Below, one piece after another: positions 14,059 to 27,080 of a DNA stretch of 64,000 nucleotides. The DNA is taken from assembly GCA_002633005.1 (NCBI GenBank), contig NMRA01000596.1:127860-191859 (forward strand). The letters are read 5' to 3'. Below the pieces are notes generated by a model that worked only from the letters and a program-made list of their open reading frames with translations, did not search any database and had not been told where the DNA came from. Position 1 is the first letter of the stretch. Every line of letters starts with the position of its first letter. The stretch is from Phoronis australis. Its lineage: Eukaryota > Animalia > Phoronida. Made by a program: the position numbers and the translations under genes.

Positions 14059-14945
14059 ATCATTTTGCGTTAAATACTCTTCCATTGTCATTGCGCAGTC
14101 GTGTAATTCGACTGAAAACGCCTGCGAGTATTCAACTGTTTAGCACTATCCCACTAATGCTATGATGCGGGCGCAACACATGTGTCTCATCACACGACGT
14201 AATCATTGGTTCTTCACACTTAAAGCTACATATGATAGGCAAGTGATCTGACTCGTCCCAAGCATCTACTTTAAAATCGTTTACAATTTCAAACAAATCA
14301 GTAGATAGAAGTACATAATCAACTAAACTGCAGCCTCCTGAGGCAAAACATGTAAAATTACCACATGCATCATCACAGCACATGTCAATGAGGGAAAATA
14401 TCACACTGCATTAAATCCACACAACAATGCAGAGCGCTATCCACCAACTAACCTATTGCCATCTAGCGGAGGAAGTATTTCATAATGTCGCAATTCCACC
14501 TGCTATTAGTTCTATAGTATAAAGCAGCATTAAGTCAATACCTAGGTTAAAAACAGATTGCAAGGTTTGAATTAGGTCACTTGCCTTTGTAAAATCGGAC
14601 TCGAATCGTTCCTAAGTCAAAGTAGACGTGATTTCTTTTAAGTTATTTAGATGTTAGATCTGATTTTTTTTGTCAAAATTGCTTTGTGCCGAGAAACAGA
14701 TGTTGCACTCTTGTTTTGCAAGACGGCAAGCACCTTAAAAAGTTCAGTTGAAGAACACCTTCCCTACATTGTTTTGTAGACTGAGATGGCTCCCCTTTCA
14801 GAAATTAATGCAGTGTCACCCAATAATATAGATACAATTCCTTGCACGGTGCGATCCTAGAATACCTTCACAATAAGTTTTGTAAGGCATCTGAGATTCA
14901 CGGGAGATGCACGTGAATTTCGAGCCATGGTGGTATCTGTTTCCC
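14059..14945. repeat. Near-identical tandem copy of 13170-14057 across an N (probable haplotype/contig overlap)
   Basis: ~887-bp direct repeat separated by a single N at 14058; differs by a few SNPs and small indels. Confidence 0.85.
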
Positions 14946-15179
14946 GTGTACCCGAACTGCTAACTATGCTAGAAACGTCGGGTACTCAGGAGCCGCATTG
15001 TGAAATTTACTACCAAAAGACTTAAGTAACCCTGCGACGTTGCAGCGATTCCAAAATAATTCTCTTGATTATTCACCGTGATGAGCCGTGAGATTATTGC
15101 CCTCCCTTAACAGCAGTATTGTGATAAGAAATTAATTTTGATGCTTCTTCCTCAACTTGATTTGAATTGTAAATATATA

Positions 15180-15332
15180 CAGTGGCGGGGCTAAGGGGGC
15201 CTTGCCCCCCCCCCCCTTAAAATTCTCCCAGATTCCATTTTGAAGTTCGGGGTTGTGGATATCTGACGGGCAAAATAATGGCTAATACTCTGCTATGGCC
15301 CCCGCTAACTCAAAATACTGGATCCGCCCGTG
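15180..15332. mobile_element. Short MITE with CAG(G/T)GGCGGATC-type TIRs (related copies at 24544-24662 and 47492-47640)
   Basis: CAGTGGCGG...GGATCCGCCCGTG ends and shared core aaattctcccagattccattt..gctaatac..aaaatcctggatccg in three places. Confidence 0.7.
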
Positions 15333-15613
15333 ATATATAGTGAATGAATCAGTGACATGTGAATAAAGGAAAATGTAAGTCACCAAAACGTGCTAACAGG
15401 CATTATACCAGGGACGCGTTAATCACAAATACGAGTAATCTTGTAGCATTTATCCAAAATCAACTACCACCTTTCAGAGTAGACGATCTCCCGTGTGGAA
15501 CTTTTTGGATTCTGCACTTAGAGGGTTCAATTCGCACCAATCCCTGCTCGCAATCCGTAAAAAGTCAAGCAAAAAGTTAATAAAATTACATCCCAATAGT
15601 GTCAAAGTCTTAC

Positions 15614-15777
15614 AGTGAGTGGTAAACGTTGCTTCAGTATAGACTGTGTTTACACCAAACGGTCTAGCGTTCGTCGCAGTAATCCTTATCACGTATTCGG
15701 TAAATGGAAGTAGTTGATCAATGGTGTTATCAACAGACACTCCGCTTCCATGGTCATAGACACCGTTTGCGAAGGAG
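15614..15777 (-). CDS. Exon 3 (FN3 second half) of secreted PAN-FN3-fibrinogen-like protein
   Basis: tcttttacag|C TCC TTC...CAC T|gtaag; TIDQLLPFTEYVIRITATN..G matches the FN3 L.P.T.Y...V.A.N..G motif; phases 2/1. Confidence 0.9.
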
Positions 15778-17071
15778 CTGTAAAAGATGACCAAAAGATT
15801 CTTCAGATTCGCATGAATGATTCACCACATAGTATTTAGTTCCATTTCATGACACTGTTTTATCGATTTACTAACCGGGAAACCGACGTCTTGTCTAAAA
15901 CAACAAAGTCTATTAATACCCTATTGTGGCTAGATAATTTAAAGGGACAATTAACCCAGGTTAAGTCAAAAAAAAAGACTTGATTTAAACTACTAACCGC
16001 TATAAAATTGACTTCAACACGTTCCTTACTCAGACGAGGAGTGATTTTTAGTCAAGGAACTGACAATTTGTTATAAATGTAGCACGAGATTAGTGACAGG
16101 CGAAGAAAATGAAACACCAGTCAAATGGTAAAAGCTTGTCTCGAGCAAAAATGAGTTGTCCACTTTTTTGAAGACGTAAAATTACACCTATTTCGATAAA
16201 TAAGGAACGACTTGAGACTAATTTCATAACGGTGTGTGTCCTAAACCAAAAGTTGGTTGCTGTGATGGACCAAGGCGTGCTTGGACGAAAATCATGTTCT
16301 GCTGCCGGTGTTAACCCTCAGACGTTTTGTGTAATGAAGACAAAAGAAACACACAATTGCAAAATTTGTTAAATTGGGGAGCGTTACTAACAATTTCTGC
16401 GAGTTAATCGACGACCGGGGAATTGGGGGAAAGACAGTGGCACTTCGATCTCGTGACACACTTTCTTACAAAACCGGGAGTAATTTAGCAACTGGTTGCG
16501 CTTGAATGACTTGGCCACTTATAGTGCTTAAAATCATGGATTTCATATCAAAAACACAAAAAGCAACCCCACGAATGGACCAGCTATGAAATTAGAACAA
16601 CCACGATATATTCAGTAGCTGATCTCAAAGTACCAGCATTTACATGTACTGGTAATAACATATTTCGTAAATTCAGGACAACCAATGAATCACAACACCA
16701 GTCATACTACATTGTGTTTCGTGTGAAAGGTCGTTCATATTGTTGCTCGTTTTCCCGTAGGAGGCGTTGCACTTGTAGTGGTTGTTAGAGCTAAGTATTT
16801 GTCCACACCCGCGACTCTTCACTTTCTCAATGAACCTCGGGGAAGCGCAGATATCATGGCACAAGTTTGTACAAGCTAGGACCTCACGTGTTGGTGGACA
16901 TGAAACACTCGCGAGGGAACGTTTTTACGTCACACTCATGTCCGTGGGTCTAGGAAACTTTTAATTGAAGTAGCTTTTCTTCTATTTTCTCGTTTTGGGA
17001 TATTTTATTCCCGATTTTGATGCGAAGTGCTATAAAGGAAAGTTTAATGAGGCTGACAATGGAGTCACTTG

Positions 17072-17120
17072 TCAAAACAGGTAAATGGGTTTTTTTAAAA
17101 CCCCCATTTACCTGTTTTGA
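17072..17120. repeat. Short palindrome/hairpin
   Basis: Perfect 18-bp arms TCAAAACAGGTAAATGGG ... CCCATTTACCTGTTTTGA. Confidence 0.8.
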
Positions 17121-17148
17121 AGTATTTTAGGGGATCCTATAGATTTAA

Positions 17149-19160
17149 AGGAGAATTTCACCCAAAAAACAACCTATTTGTATCAGTTTAGATCGAGTAG
17201 GTCCACTCGATAACAGCAAGTACAGTTCTTTTACCTGACACCTGACGGCCGACGGAGGTGTTGAAATTAACCAATGACGTCAGAGGTATGTTCGAACGAA
17301 GTCTGCTTAGCAGTTCACAACACGCTTACTGGTGTCAGCTTATCTTTTGAATTCATCGTTTTACACCAATAAATCATCAAAATTCGATGTAAAACCTTTA
17401 CAAATATACCGAGTTCTTAAACAAACGTGTTGTTTTATTTCGCTGTTACGGATTTATAGGTATTTGCGCGTACCGTAGCCAACAAAGTTTGGTAGGCCAC
17501 TATACCAAGTTCGGTCGCGAGAGTTTGTAGCTGTTTGTTGTAATTTTAGACTTGTTTCAGGTCAAAACAAACAAAACGCTTGTTATACGTGCCCGTGGCT
17601 CGGAACCCGATCAGGCTCGTCGGCCAGACTGGAGACATCACGAACATAAACAAGCCAAAGTTGGAAACTAAACTTCGAGTCACGGAAAGACTATACTAAT
17701 GAGACAAAGAAATAAAGTGCACGTTATTATTTTGGTAAATTAGTCGCGAAACTGCAAATCTACTTACTAGGCTCGTCGGGGGCCACGAAGTCAGGTTCCC
17801 CTTCCACAGAGTTGTAGAGTACATGTAACAATTATTCGAATAATGTATATGTATATCTAAATGAAGATTCTCTTAACATCTGACCATACAAAAACGAGTT
17901 TTTGTTTCAGAACAGCTTTCTGTCTGCAAACATTGAATTAGCATGCGCTCACACGTCCTCGTTGCCCGGAAAATTAGCGTTTTTGCACTTAAAGCCGGTA
18001 ACGCAGTGGTTTATTAATTGCTGGCTTCTCAAAACATTTGCACTCACGAACACTCCAAAGGCACTACAAATTGTATCTAGTGAGATAGACTTTGTATATA
18101 AGCATTGGTTAGGGTGAGAGTAATTCATTTTGAAACAGAACGCACAATAATAAACGCCAACATGGCAACTCGCATTCCCGACTTAGACGAGTGCTCATCC
18201 GACGAAGACTTCACAGGCCGAAGGTTAAGTTTCACAGGCTATCAGTTCGAAAAGGAATACACTGATCAAGAAATACTAGAGGCGCCGTGAACGTGCTCAG
18301 ACAACGGAACATATGGGTAGTTCCAAAAACCGTTTGAATGACTTGTCGTGGAGTCAGTGCTCGATAATGGAAACGATTGACGCTTGCGTTTGCTGCCACG
18401 AAACGCCTTCTTGGAGAAGCGCAGTTGTGTCTCGCGGATCATCCTGATTTTGAACCGCATCTAAACAGAGGTGTGCTTACGACATTTTTAGGGCTGGGAA
18501 AAAGAACTGGCGAAGACAACCTACACCCAAAGGTCCGAACAGAAGCCTGACGAATAAGTAGGTCATCAAACAGGTTATATAAAACGTTATGTTCTCACGC
18601 CTTAAATCAATTGTAATTGTTTATGTTTTAATGACCAGCTACAATTCTCCAGTCAAAAACTGATCAATATCTGATCTGCGTTTCTTTGTCTCCTGCCTGC
18701 CGAACACCCTAGGCACAGCATCTAAATTCAGCCTCAGTCTCTTTTTGTGCCCTGGCATGAGCTGTTTGATAAGCTGCCATTCGTCAGTGAAATCACTGAC
18801 TGTCGACGAAATGCCAGCCACTGACACGGAGATGTGTCACGGCCTCATACTTGCTATTCTCGACGTTCATCCTGCGAGCCACTCCCGAAGCATTACGGGC
18901 TCTCAAAAAATCTTAAAAAAAACGATATACCCGCTTTCCTCGCTGCTTCATAGTTCGCACAAGAGGGAACGATACACCACACCATAGCAAATCTCACTCT
19001 GCAGAACAACCACTGACGTCGCTGAATCGTTTCTCACCCGTTCCTCACAAGTTAACGCGACACCTCTCGGCGAGGAAAGATCGACCGTACAAGAGGTGAT
19101 GTGGATACGGATCAATTAAAATGGTAAAAAAAGATTATTTAAATCGGGTGGCATTCTCCT
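17149..19160 (+). mobile_element. Kolobok-type non-autonomous element, family A, longest copy with KolX-like and THAP remnants
   Basis: TTAA|AGGAGAATTTCACCC...GGGTGGCATTCTCCT|TTAA. Plus strand from 18162 (frameshifted): MATRIPDLDECSSDED..GYQFE.EY..SW.QC.IMETIDACVCCHE..CLADHPDFEPHLNRGVL. Minus strand from ~18985: MVWCIVPSCANYEAARK...LNLDAVPRVF (THAP). Confidence 0.88.
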
Positions 19161-20250
19161 TTAAAAGCCCTCTTGAGGCGTTACCGGGAACCATTCAAAT
19201 GTCTTAGCACGTTGACCGGCGGAATCTCAAAGTCAACATTTTTAAGCTGTTTATTTCATCTAAAACAAAATAAAAATAATACAGTGCCTGCCCACAAATC
19301 GACGGTACATGTACAGATGAAGTCAATCAAATACGTCCAATGCTTTTCACCATTAATATACAGCAGGAGACACAACCAGTTCGGAGAAATCACCAAATTA
19401 TGGTACAGTAAGTTAATGAAGTCCTTTATCTGTAGGAACTTGATCAATCAACTTTTGAAATGATTCTTGAAGGGCACTGACCGACCTTTGTTTTGAAGGG
19501 GTCGTTCATGCTGAACTAATGATTGTAGTAGGCAAAGTATTCGTCAGTTTATTATTTAATCTGTTGCGATTGTCATAATTTGGAAAGCCGCTCAACTAAT
19601 TTTTTATTCTATTCTCAAGTTTCATCAATGGAACTACATGTACCTTTTGTTTAGCTCATTAAAAATGTAGGGCGTGCATTGCTTCAAGGGTTACGGTATC
19701 AAATTACCTACAATTAGGCAATCAATTATGTGATTTGATTCCGTACAGCAGATACAAGAAATCAAGTAAAGCTATTTAGTAAACGTGATTAACGTATGTA
19801 TGGCAAAGTCTCGCATGATTTTTGCCGCGCTTTCCATGTTTCTTGGGACTACAGAACGCAGTCGTTTCTTGACTCCTTTAAATTGCAGTGCCTGAGAAGA
19901 AAAGGTCTCGAATCACGAATGCTCCTAAGTTCCGCAAAGCTAAATGAGCAGTTTTCGCGAGGACACGTCCGTTCACTTCCAGTCGCCGTTATTCTTCTCG
20001 GAAACGACTGCACTTAGGTTAAACTGGACTTTTTCAAATGCAAAATTCTGAAACCTGCCATGCACATCACTGTCTTTCCACGAACGCTTCATTCATTATG
20101 ACGAGTCATCCTACCACATGGTAGACCTCCGAAGTTCTCTCTACCTTTCACTTTTTTAAAAATTAAGAATTGATTTCTCCTGAAGAGAACTATCCGAAAA
20201 TCTTACGGCTTGGGGTGAAGTGTTGGTGAAATAGTACATGTTATCGGTAC

Positions 20251-20389
20251 CTGAAGTCTGATGCAGACGACACTTTATACTCAATTTTAAATGTCTGTGT
20301 GAATCCACCATTCCATTGGGCGTTCCAGGTTATTGCGACGCTGTTCGTTTTGATTTCAGTAACATTTAACGTCGGTGGCGCCGGGGGAC
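20251..20389 (-). CDS. Exon 2 (FN3 first half) of secreted PAN-FN3-fibrinogen-like protein
   Basis: Not in the ORF track. ttttccacag|GT CCC CCG...TTC AG|gtacc; (G)PPAPPTLNVTEIKTNSVAITWNAQWNGGFTQTFKIEYK, a typical FN3 N-terminal half; 139 nt, phases 1/2 join exons 1 and 3 in frame. Confidence 0.92.
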
Positions 20390-20715
20390 CTGTGGAAAAG
20401 AAATTTACATAGCCGAGGTCAGCGTAATGGAAGCTACCGTGGGTTTATTTCCGGAGAATGCCTCAGAACTGGCATACACGCATTTAGACCCATAGGTAAA
20501 GCTGATAACAACATGCATAACATGGAATCAAACCAAGGTGCAAGTAAAGCAACACGTAAAAAGTACACAGTTATTCTCGAGATTTATGCGTCACGGTACA
20601 TCTTGACATGTTTTCAAGGTCTAGTAATTGCTAAGCAGACCTGCTAGGAACAAACAATAGATAAAAACACAAAAGGTCAAATTTAAGATAAACGCCTGTA
20701 CATTACGGCGTTTTC

Positions 20716-21080
20716 CCGTTGCTCCAAACTTGTTCGATTCTATAGCCCAACAACAAGTTGCTAAGATGACCCCTGTAGCAAATATTTTACACGACTGATT
20801 ATCTCCATTCTGGCGTTTATGGTTGGAGGGCAAGCTCTCTTTTGTTCAACACTTGCTCTAATCTCCAATAAGATCGTATCCAGCCTGACCGGGCTGTGCT
20901 GTTAAAAATAAAAGTTAAGTTATAATATTTTTGAACATAAACCAATAGCATTTCTGAAATTCTCGTCGAGTGGCGATCATGTTTAGTTTCTGAATCGCCA
21001 AAATCGCCCGACTACAACCGAAGTTACGACAATTTATTCTTTCCAAACGTACCAATTCGCTCTGGGATTGACTGTGTTCA
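20716..21080 (-). repeat. Dispersed ~370-bp repeat (other copies at 45321-45705 and 52674-53055)
   Basis: Reverse complement aligns to tgaacacagtcaaaccc...aaatgccagaatggag..cccaacttgttgttggg...aacaagttgggagcaacgg. Confidence 0.8.
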
Positions 21081-22398
21081 CAAGTGGTCGGTGATAAGCC
21101 TAGTAGATAATTGGCCTGCATGTTGTCATACCATAAAAAAGACTGTGCTTGGCAGTTAAAAAAGAAGCTATGTTATCACACGCTCACATCTCTACGTCTG
21201 GTAAAGTCACAGAACGGGAAAACGCCGTCATGGGTTACAAGGCACGAGAATAACCCCTGCCTGTACGTGAAACTGACGCGCACGGTATGTAAACAATTTA
21301 ATTGACTATAAACCCACTTTCCGTCAAAAAATAGCTTTTCACAAAGAGCTCTTACTTTCAGAAGCCTTAACTTGACCGCTACGTAGATTTGAGGCGATTT
21401 CTGGGCTCACAAACAAATGACATTTCCCAATTGGATTAGATTAACTTCCGTAATTTGGTATGCGACAGAGTACCTTTTCATGCGGCAAGCCTGATGTCAA
21501 GCACTGAGTCTAACAAATTGTTAGTTCTTCCCTGCGCCAGAAATCATTCCTCGCCCAAGAAAGGAACAAGATGAAGCCGATTTTAGTGTTGTACACCTGC
21601 ATGTACACGTTGTCTACGACCGAAGAGGCGTTTAACGTTGATGACCGCTTTAAGAGCTTATTGGAAAAACGCCCGATTTCAAATATGTGGGCGTAGACTT
21701 AATGCTGGCATGATGATCTTTTCATGTTCGGTTGCATGAAAGAGTACGAAATAAGGAGATAGCTACGTTATATTTCACCAGATTATTCTTGCTACATTTA
21801 TGCTACATACAAGTAAAATTTTGGCTTTGATAAGCACTGCGAGGAAGATCTTAATAGTGTTGAATTTTCATTCTTATTGGAAATAAATTTGGATCTTTTC
21901 AGTCAAGGCCTCAAATTGAATGGCTGAGTCCCTATTTATTTTCATTCAAATAATTTCTCAGCCGTTAGGTATATTATTATTGAAAAAAGTCTCGTTAGTC
22001 AAAGAGGAGTTCATAATAAAAAATATAGAAAATTATAACATTTGTTAGAACAAAGTCATTACTATGCAGACGAATTAGGGAACTTAGTTGAGTCCTTATT
22101 GGAGACTGCTTCATGCAAACGGGCGCACCGTCTGGATTTTATTTCCTAACTCAGACTCGACACCGACAGCGACTCGAAGCCGTATCATTCGAGAACAAAT
22201 TACTAAGTTTTGTCGAAGCATGCGATGCAGCCAATCAATTTTCGAGTTGAGTTTCAAGTACAAAGATTAGAGTGTGGGCATGGAATGTGTAGTTAGTGAT
22301 CTTTATACAGCACTAGGCTTCATTGAACTAACCATTACACCATCAAAGAACAAATATGTTAAAAGCTCAAACGACAAATTAAAAGAGTGAAGCCTCAC

Positions 22399-22729
22399 CA
22401 AATTCCATATTGATCCACTTCCACGTAGCGTCATCCTTTAAAATGATGGTCGTCTCGTTATCACGCACGTGCAGGTCGTTGAGTTCACAAATGTTAGTAC
22501 TCCGGTGAAAATTAACCGACGAACAACGTCCCGTGGCACGATACTCCATGATACACAGATGTATGCAATGTGTGCTCTTTCTGCTCTCAAATACTTTATC
22601 GAGAAACGCTGCGTTAATTAACCTCTTTCCGTCTCTAATTTCTGTGCTCTTGTAAAATGTTGCTGAGGCTTCGAACGTCAACGCAATGCCCAAAAAATAG
22701 AATGAAAACACTGATACTTGTAAATGCAT
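22399..22729 (-). CDS. Exon 1 (signal peptide + PAN/Apple domain) of secreted PAN-FN3-fibrinogen-like protein
   Basis: MHLQVSVFSFYFLGIALTFEASA hydrophobic leader; HCIHLC......CSSVNF......CELN PAN cysteine pattern; donor TTT G|gtgag phase 1. The six exons total 1227 nt = 408 aa + stop. Confidence 0.88.
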
Positions 22730-24959
22730 GGTGCTCCTTTAGTGTTGGTGAAGCCGAATGACCTGTTCTGTAGCCAATACAGTGAGATCGATAATCGTTG
22801 AGAGATGCCTCTTTCTAAAAAAACAATTGATAGCGCGCGCTGATGTTTAACTTGACCCACGTGCCCCTTTGAAAACATCACACTAATGAACTAAGTGAAT
22901 AACGCGTACTTCGTGGTCAATTGCGGCAAAATTATCATAGCAAGTGGCAAAAACTAGCCTTCGTTTCCGATTAACAATGATATCTATCTGAAATACGTAA
23001 ATAGAAATGCATAAGAACACGCAAATTCACGTGACTCGGGATGTACATGTAGTTTGTAACGTAATCTGAAGTTATATTGAGCACTATAGGGTCGGCGGAT
23101 CAAGATAAAATAACAATTTAGTGGAATTCTAAGCTAAACACTAACATCCGATGAGCTTCGTTCCTACCACAGTGTAACCGTAGAGAGCAAGGTGTGTTAT
23201 AAAATTGCCTAACTTCACGAGTTGCGTTTTGTGAGCATCATGAAAAAAATTCAAAATAATCGTGAAACAGGTCCTGCAAACAATATATGGTCCACTGTAC
23301 GAAAGAACAACATGAAACATATTTAAGAGTGCAACAAGCTACATGTATCACAGAGACGAAAAGCAAAAAATACATATTCACATAGCATAACTAGTTTAGC
23401 ATCATCACGTTGTTGACATTAATCTATTGAACTTGAAAAAAACGAAAATTCCAGTAGTACACTTCAATACAATTTTCTCTCAGTTCAGTATATTTATCAG
23501 ACAGCTAAAATGTACCTCGTGTTATTACAAGAGGTACGATTAGCCCGTTATTGATCATGGGTAATCGAAACAACTTTTCGCCATAATCATTTGAATGTTA
23601 AATGATCCGCATAGCAGCATCAGCATAGCATGTCTGTTATGACTATTGGTTGAAGGAAATAAAGTGATTTTGTAATGTAGCTTTCTATTGTTTATTTTAA
23701 ATGGGCCAATGCATGTTAAATATCGATGGTCCAGATTTTAATGAAAGAGCTTACTGATCATAAGGAGTCCACTCTATTTCCACGAATTCGATCATCGTCC
23801 ATCCGCACACAAATCACTCTTCATCGGTTATTGACGAGTTCGTGCGATTGATCTCTAGCTGGTGAGGATGAGTTGATGTGATCTATATTGTCTAACGTTT
23901 ACCGACATGTAAATGATTTTGCGGTTCGTATGACTGAATGCAGTGGTTCATGCAAATGTTTAGTGATTTGTGTCGATAAAGGGAGAGCTCGTGCTATATG
24001 TGGAATTTTGATAATTTGAGAAGAATTTGCAGAAGTAAGCTTCCTCAACCGTGTGCCTACACGTGCAAGAGGATTTCAAACCCTAAACTGGCACTTGGGT
24101 GAAGTACGATTAGCGTCCAAGGACTAGGGCCTACATGTAAGCCCTGTTTGCGGCAAGATTTGATAGATCTACATACAATGTATAAACATGCTGCGTCGCA
24201 GTGTCTCACAAGTCATAACGTGCGGACAGATACTACAGATTGTTTGGGGACCAACAGATGTCGTAGTATTCGATTTGACGTATAACATATGGAGCCGGTA
24301 ATGTAACTATCCGTGCAAGCCGTTGAGATGGTTGGTCAATCACTGAGCGGGACCGTGTGTAAAGAACCTGACGAATCAACTTCGGGCAAGGGCAAACGAC
24401 CTCACAGTCCCGAAATAACATCAATGCCTGCACTGAAATTTTTATTAGACAATCCTAGATTGTGGCGTTCAGCTTGTGTGAATCAGCTTGTAAAAGCTTT
24501 GCCGCATTAAATATGCCCATACACGACATTTACGGATGATGATCAGTAGCGGATTTAGAGGGGGGCCATGCCCCCCACCCTTAAATTCTCCCAGATGCCA
24601 TTTGGCAGTTCGGACAAAATCCTGGCTAATACCCCTAACTCAAAATCCTGGATCCGCCCCTGATGAATCAGTATCTCTAATGTCTTCATTTCATTGGATA
24701 CATGTAACTTGTATTTGTCACCTTTTATCTTTGCCCCCAGTCATTGATCCGCGTGTTTATATTTATTAACACAATCGATCAACTTATCGATGGAAAACCA
24801 AGACGCGGTTTTTCTAATACCGCATTGATTTCCTATAGCACTATTGGTTATACGTAATTCGTATTTAGAAAACAATTACCTGGATGCTGTAATTACAAAG
24901 TTTGGGGCGTTTTTCAGACATATTGTTAAATCCATGATTAAAAAAGCTCACTGCAATAA

Positions 24960-25680
24960 AATGTAGCATACCTACAGATCTAACATTAATCCGGAGTGGT
25001 GGGATGACGAGTGTAACCAAAAAAGACATTAAAAATAATCTGCGTAATGCATTGAGAAAAGGCATTGGTAGTGCGTCTGAATATTTGAATGCCAAAAGTT
25101 ATTTCAAACTTACTGTAGAAAATAAACGAAAAACACTTATGGACACTCTAAGTCAACAGGCAGCGTCAGTCTACGACGATGGTGATCCGGATAAATGCTG
25201 GAAACTGTTGAAAAATTATAATAGAAAGAAGGCCCTTTATGCCTAATGATATCAGTCCTTCTCAATGGAAAAATTATTTTGAGGAATTACTGAATATCGA
25301 GGAGCAGGAGGATTTCCAGGATCAAGTTAATCCACAAAACACAAATCATGAACTTATTTGTGACGATTGCAGTCAATATCATCCGGTCGAGTTGAAAAAC
25401 CCTATTACGGAGGAGGAAATAAATGAATCTATTGATTCATTAAAAAAATGATAAATCCCCTGGAGTCCATGTGATACCTGGAGAATTGATAAAGTTATGT
25501 TATCCTGTGATCATCAATCAACTTCAATTACTTTTTAATAAAATATTGTCATTATATGACTGAAAATCGGTGCAAGTCATTGATTGTCCCACTTCATAAA
25601 AAAGAAGTCATGGTGACGTTAATAATTATAGAGGGATATCGCTACTTAACATATTAAGTAAAGTCGTTTTAAACACTTTC
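24960..25680 (+). mobile_element. Decayed LINE ORF2 fragment related to the 10860-13515 element
   Basis: PEWWDDEC, ISPSQWKNYFEELLN, PITEEEI..SI..LK..KSPG, NNYRGISLLNILSK motifs, with frameshifts and stops. Confidence 0.8.
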
Positions 25681-27080
25681 AAATAAAAAGGCTGCTACTT
25701 CGGTCAGCCAAAGACTAGAAAAGGTTAAACAAAATTTTTATTTCAAATAAAAGATTATTAAATTTTGAAACATTTTGATTTTGGTGGAGTTTCTGTTTTT
25801 ATACTAGGTGCCAAAGTCTCGTTTTACGACACTTTTTATGTAAATGAGTATGATATTATTTCATGGTCACCCTAATGAAACAAGGCACACTTTTTATTAT
25901 TTGTTTGTTTCACTATTAAATAATGATTGTGTAATATTTGGAATTTCTGGGGTTTAATATATGTTCGCAATTAATTGTTTTAAGTGTATCAGACGTGATG
26001 TTTTCTTTAACAAAGCAGTTTATTTACTAATTGTTTCTTTTCCTGATTATACTTGTACACAGGGTTCAGTCGCCAGGAAGTCACTAACTGCTACAGTTTT
26101 AAATACTAAAGGTTTTAATGAGACATGGTATCCTCTTAGATCTAGGTTATTCATATCAACTAAATTTATTCCACAATCCCTACAACATATCAAAATAATC
26201 GCCACTGTACTGAAGTACAGCAGGAAGACTGGAAATTGGCGCGATTTTGAAAAGGTTAAATTGCTCGCTCATATGTTCTATGACTCTGGTTGAAGCTAAA
26301 TAGCTCAAAACCAAGTCGATGACCGTTCATGGTTTTCTCCTTTTATAGAAAACATGGTGGAATCAAAATAACACATAAAAGGCAAAAATTTTCTTTGTAA
26401 CTTTTTGTGCAATAACGATAAAATCTGAGGTACCCAAAATCCAGAAAAAAGTTTACTTGCGCTGACACACTAAAATCTGTAAAACATTAGAGCAAGAAAC
26501 TGACATCAAAGTTTTTTAATCATCGATTTAATTTACCGTGTCATTACGGTAACCCATGCAAAATTCAGTTTGGACAGAATTACCGAACTGTTTAGCCTGC
26601 TGTTGTCCGCAAAAGGGCTGGCTATTAATTAAAAGATGTGTAAACCATGATTCTCAAATTATTCAAAGGTCACTGTAGACACGAAATTCACCTGGATATG
26701 GTTTTAACATTTTCTGTTCATCTCAATTAACATTCACAAAAATTCATAGTCCCAAATTATAGGAAATATGCAGTTTGAATATTCTATTTAATAAATATAA
26801 AAAACAGACGACCCACTCTTTTACACGTATCTATGACACTTATCAATTCCATTGGGCAACTGTACCAGACGTCACGTCACGCTGACGTAATCTGTAGTGG
26901 CCTTGGGATCAGAAGAAAAGTGAATTTTTGCCCCACATCTCACAACCGCAGGGTGCACTGCTATTTCAGTCCACAACTTTTTTGTTGAAATACAACATCT
27001 TTCACAGTTTGGTGATAAATGGGAATTTGTAGCCTGGAATTCCGAAACAAATTTCGAGCTAAAACTCGTACACGACTTAA

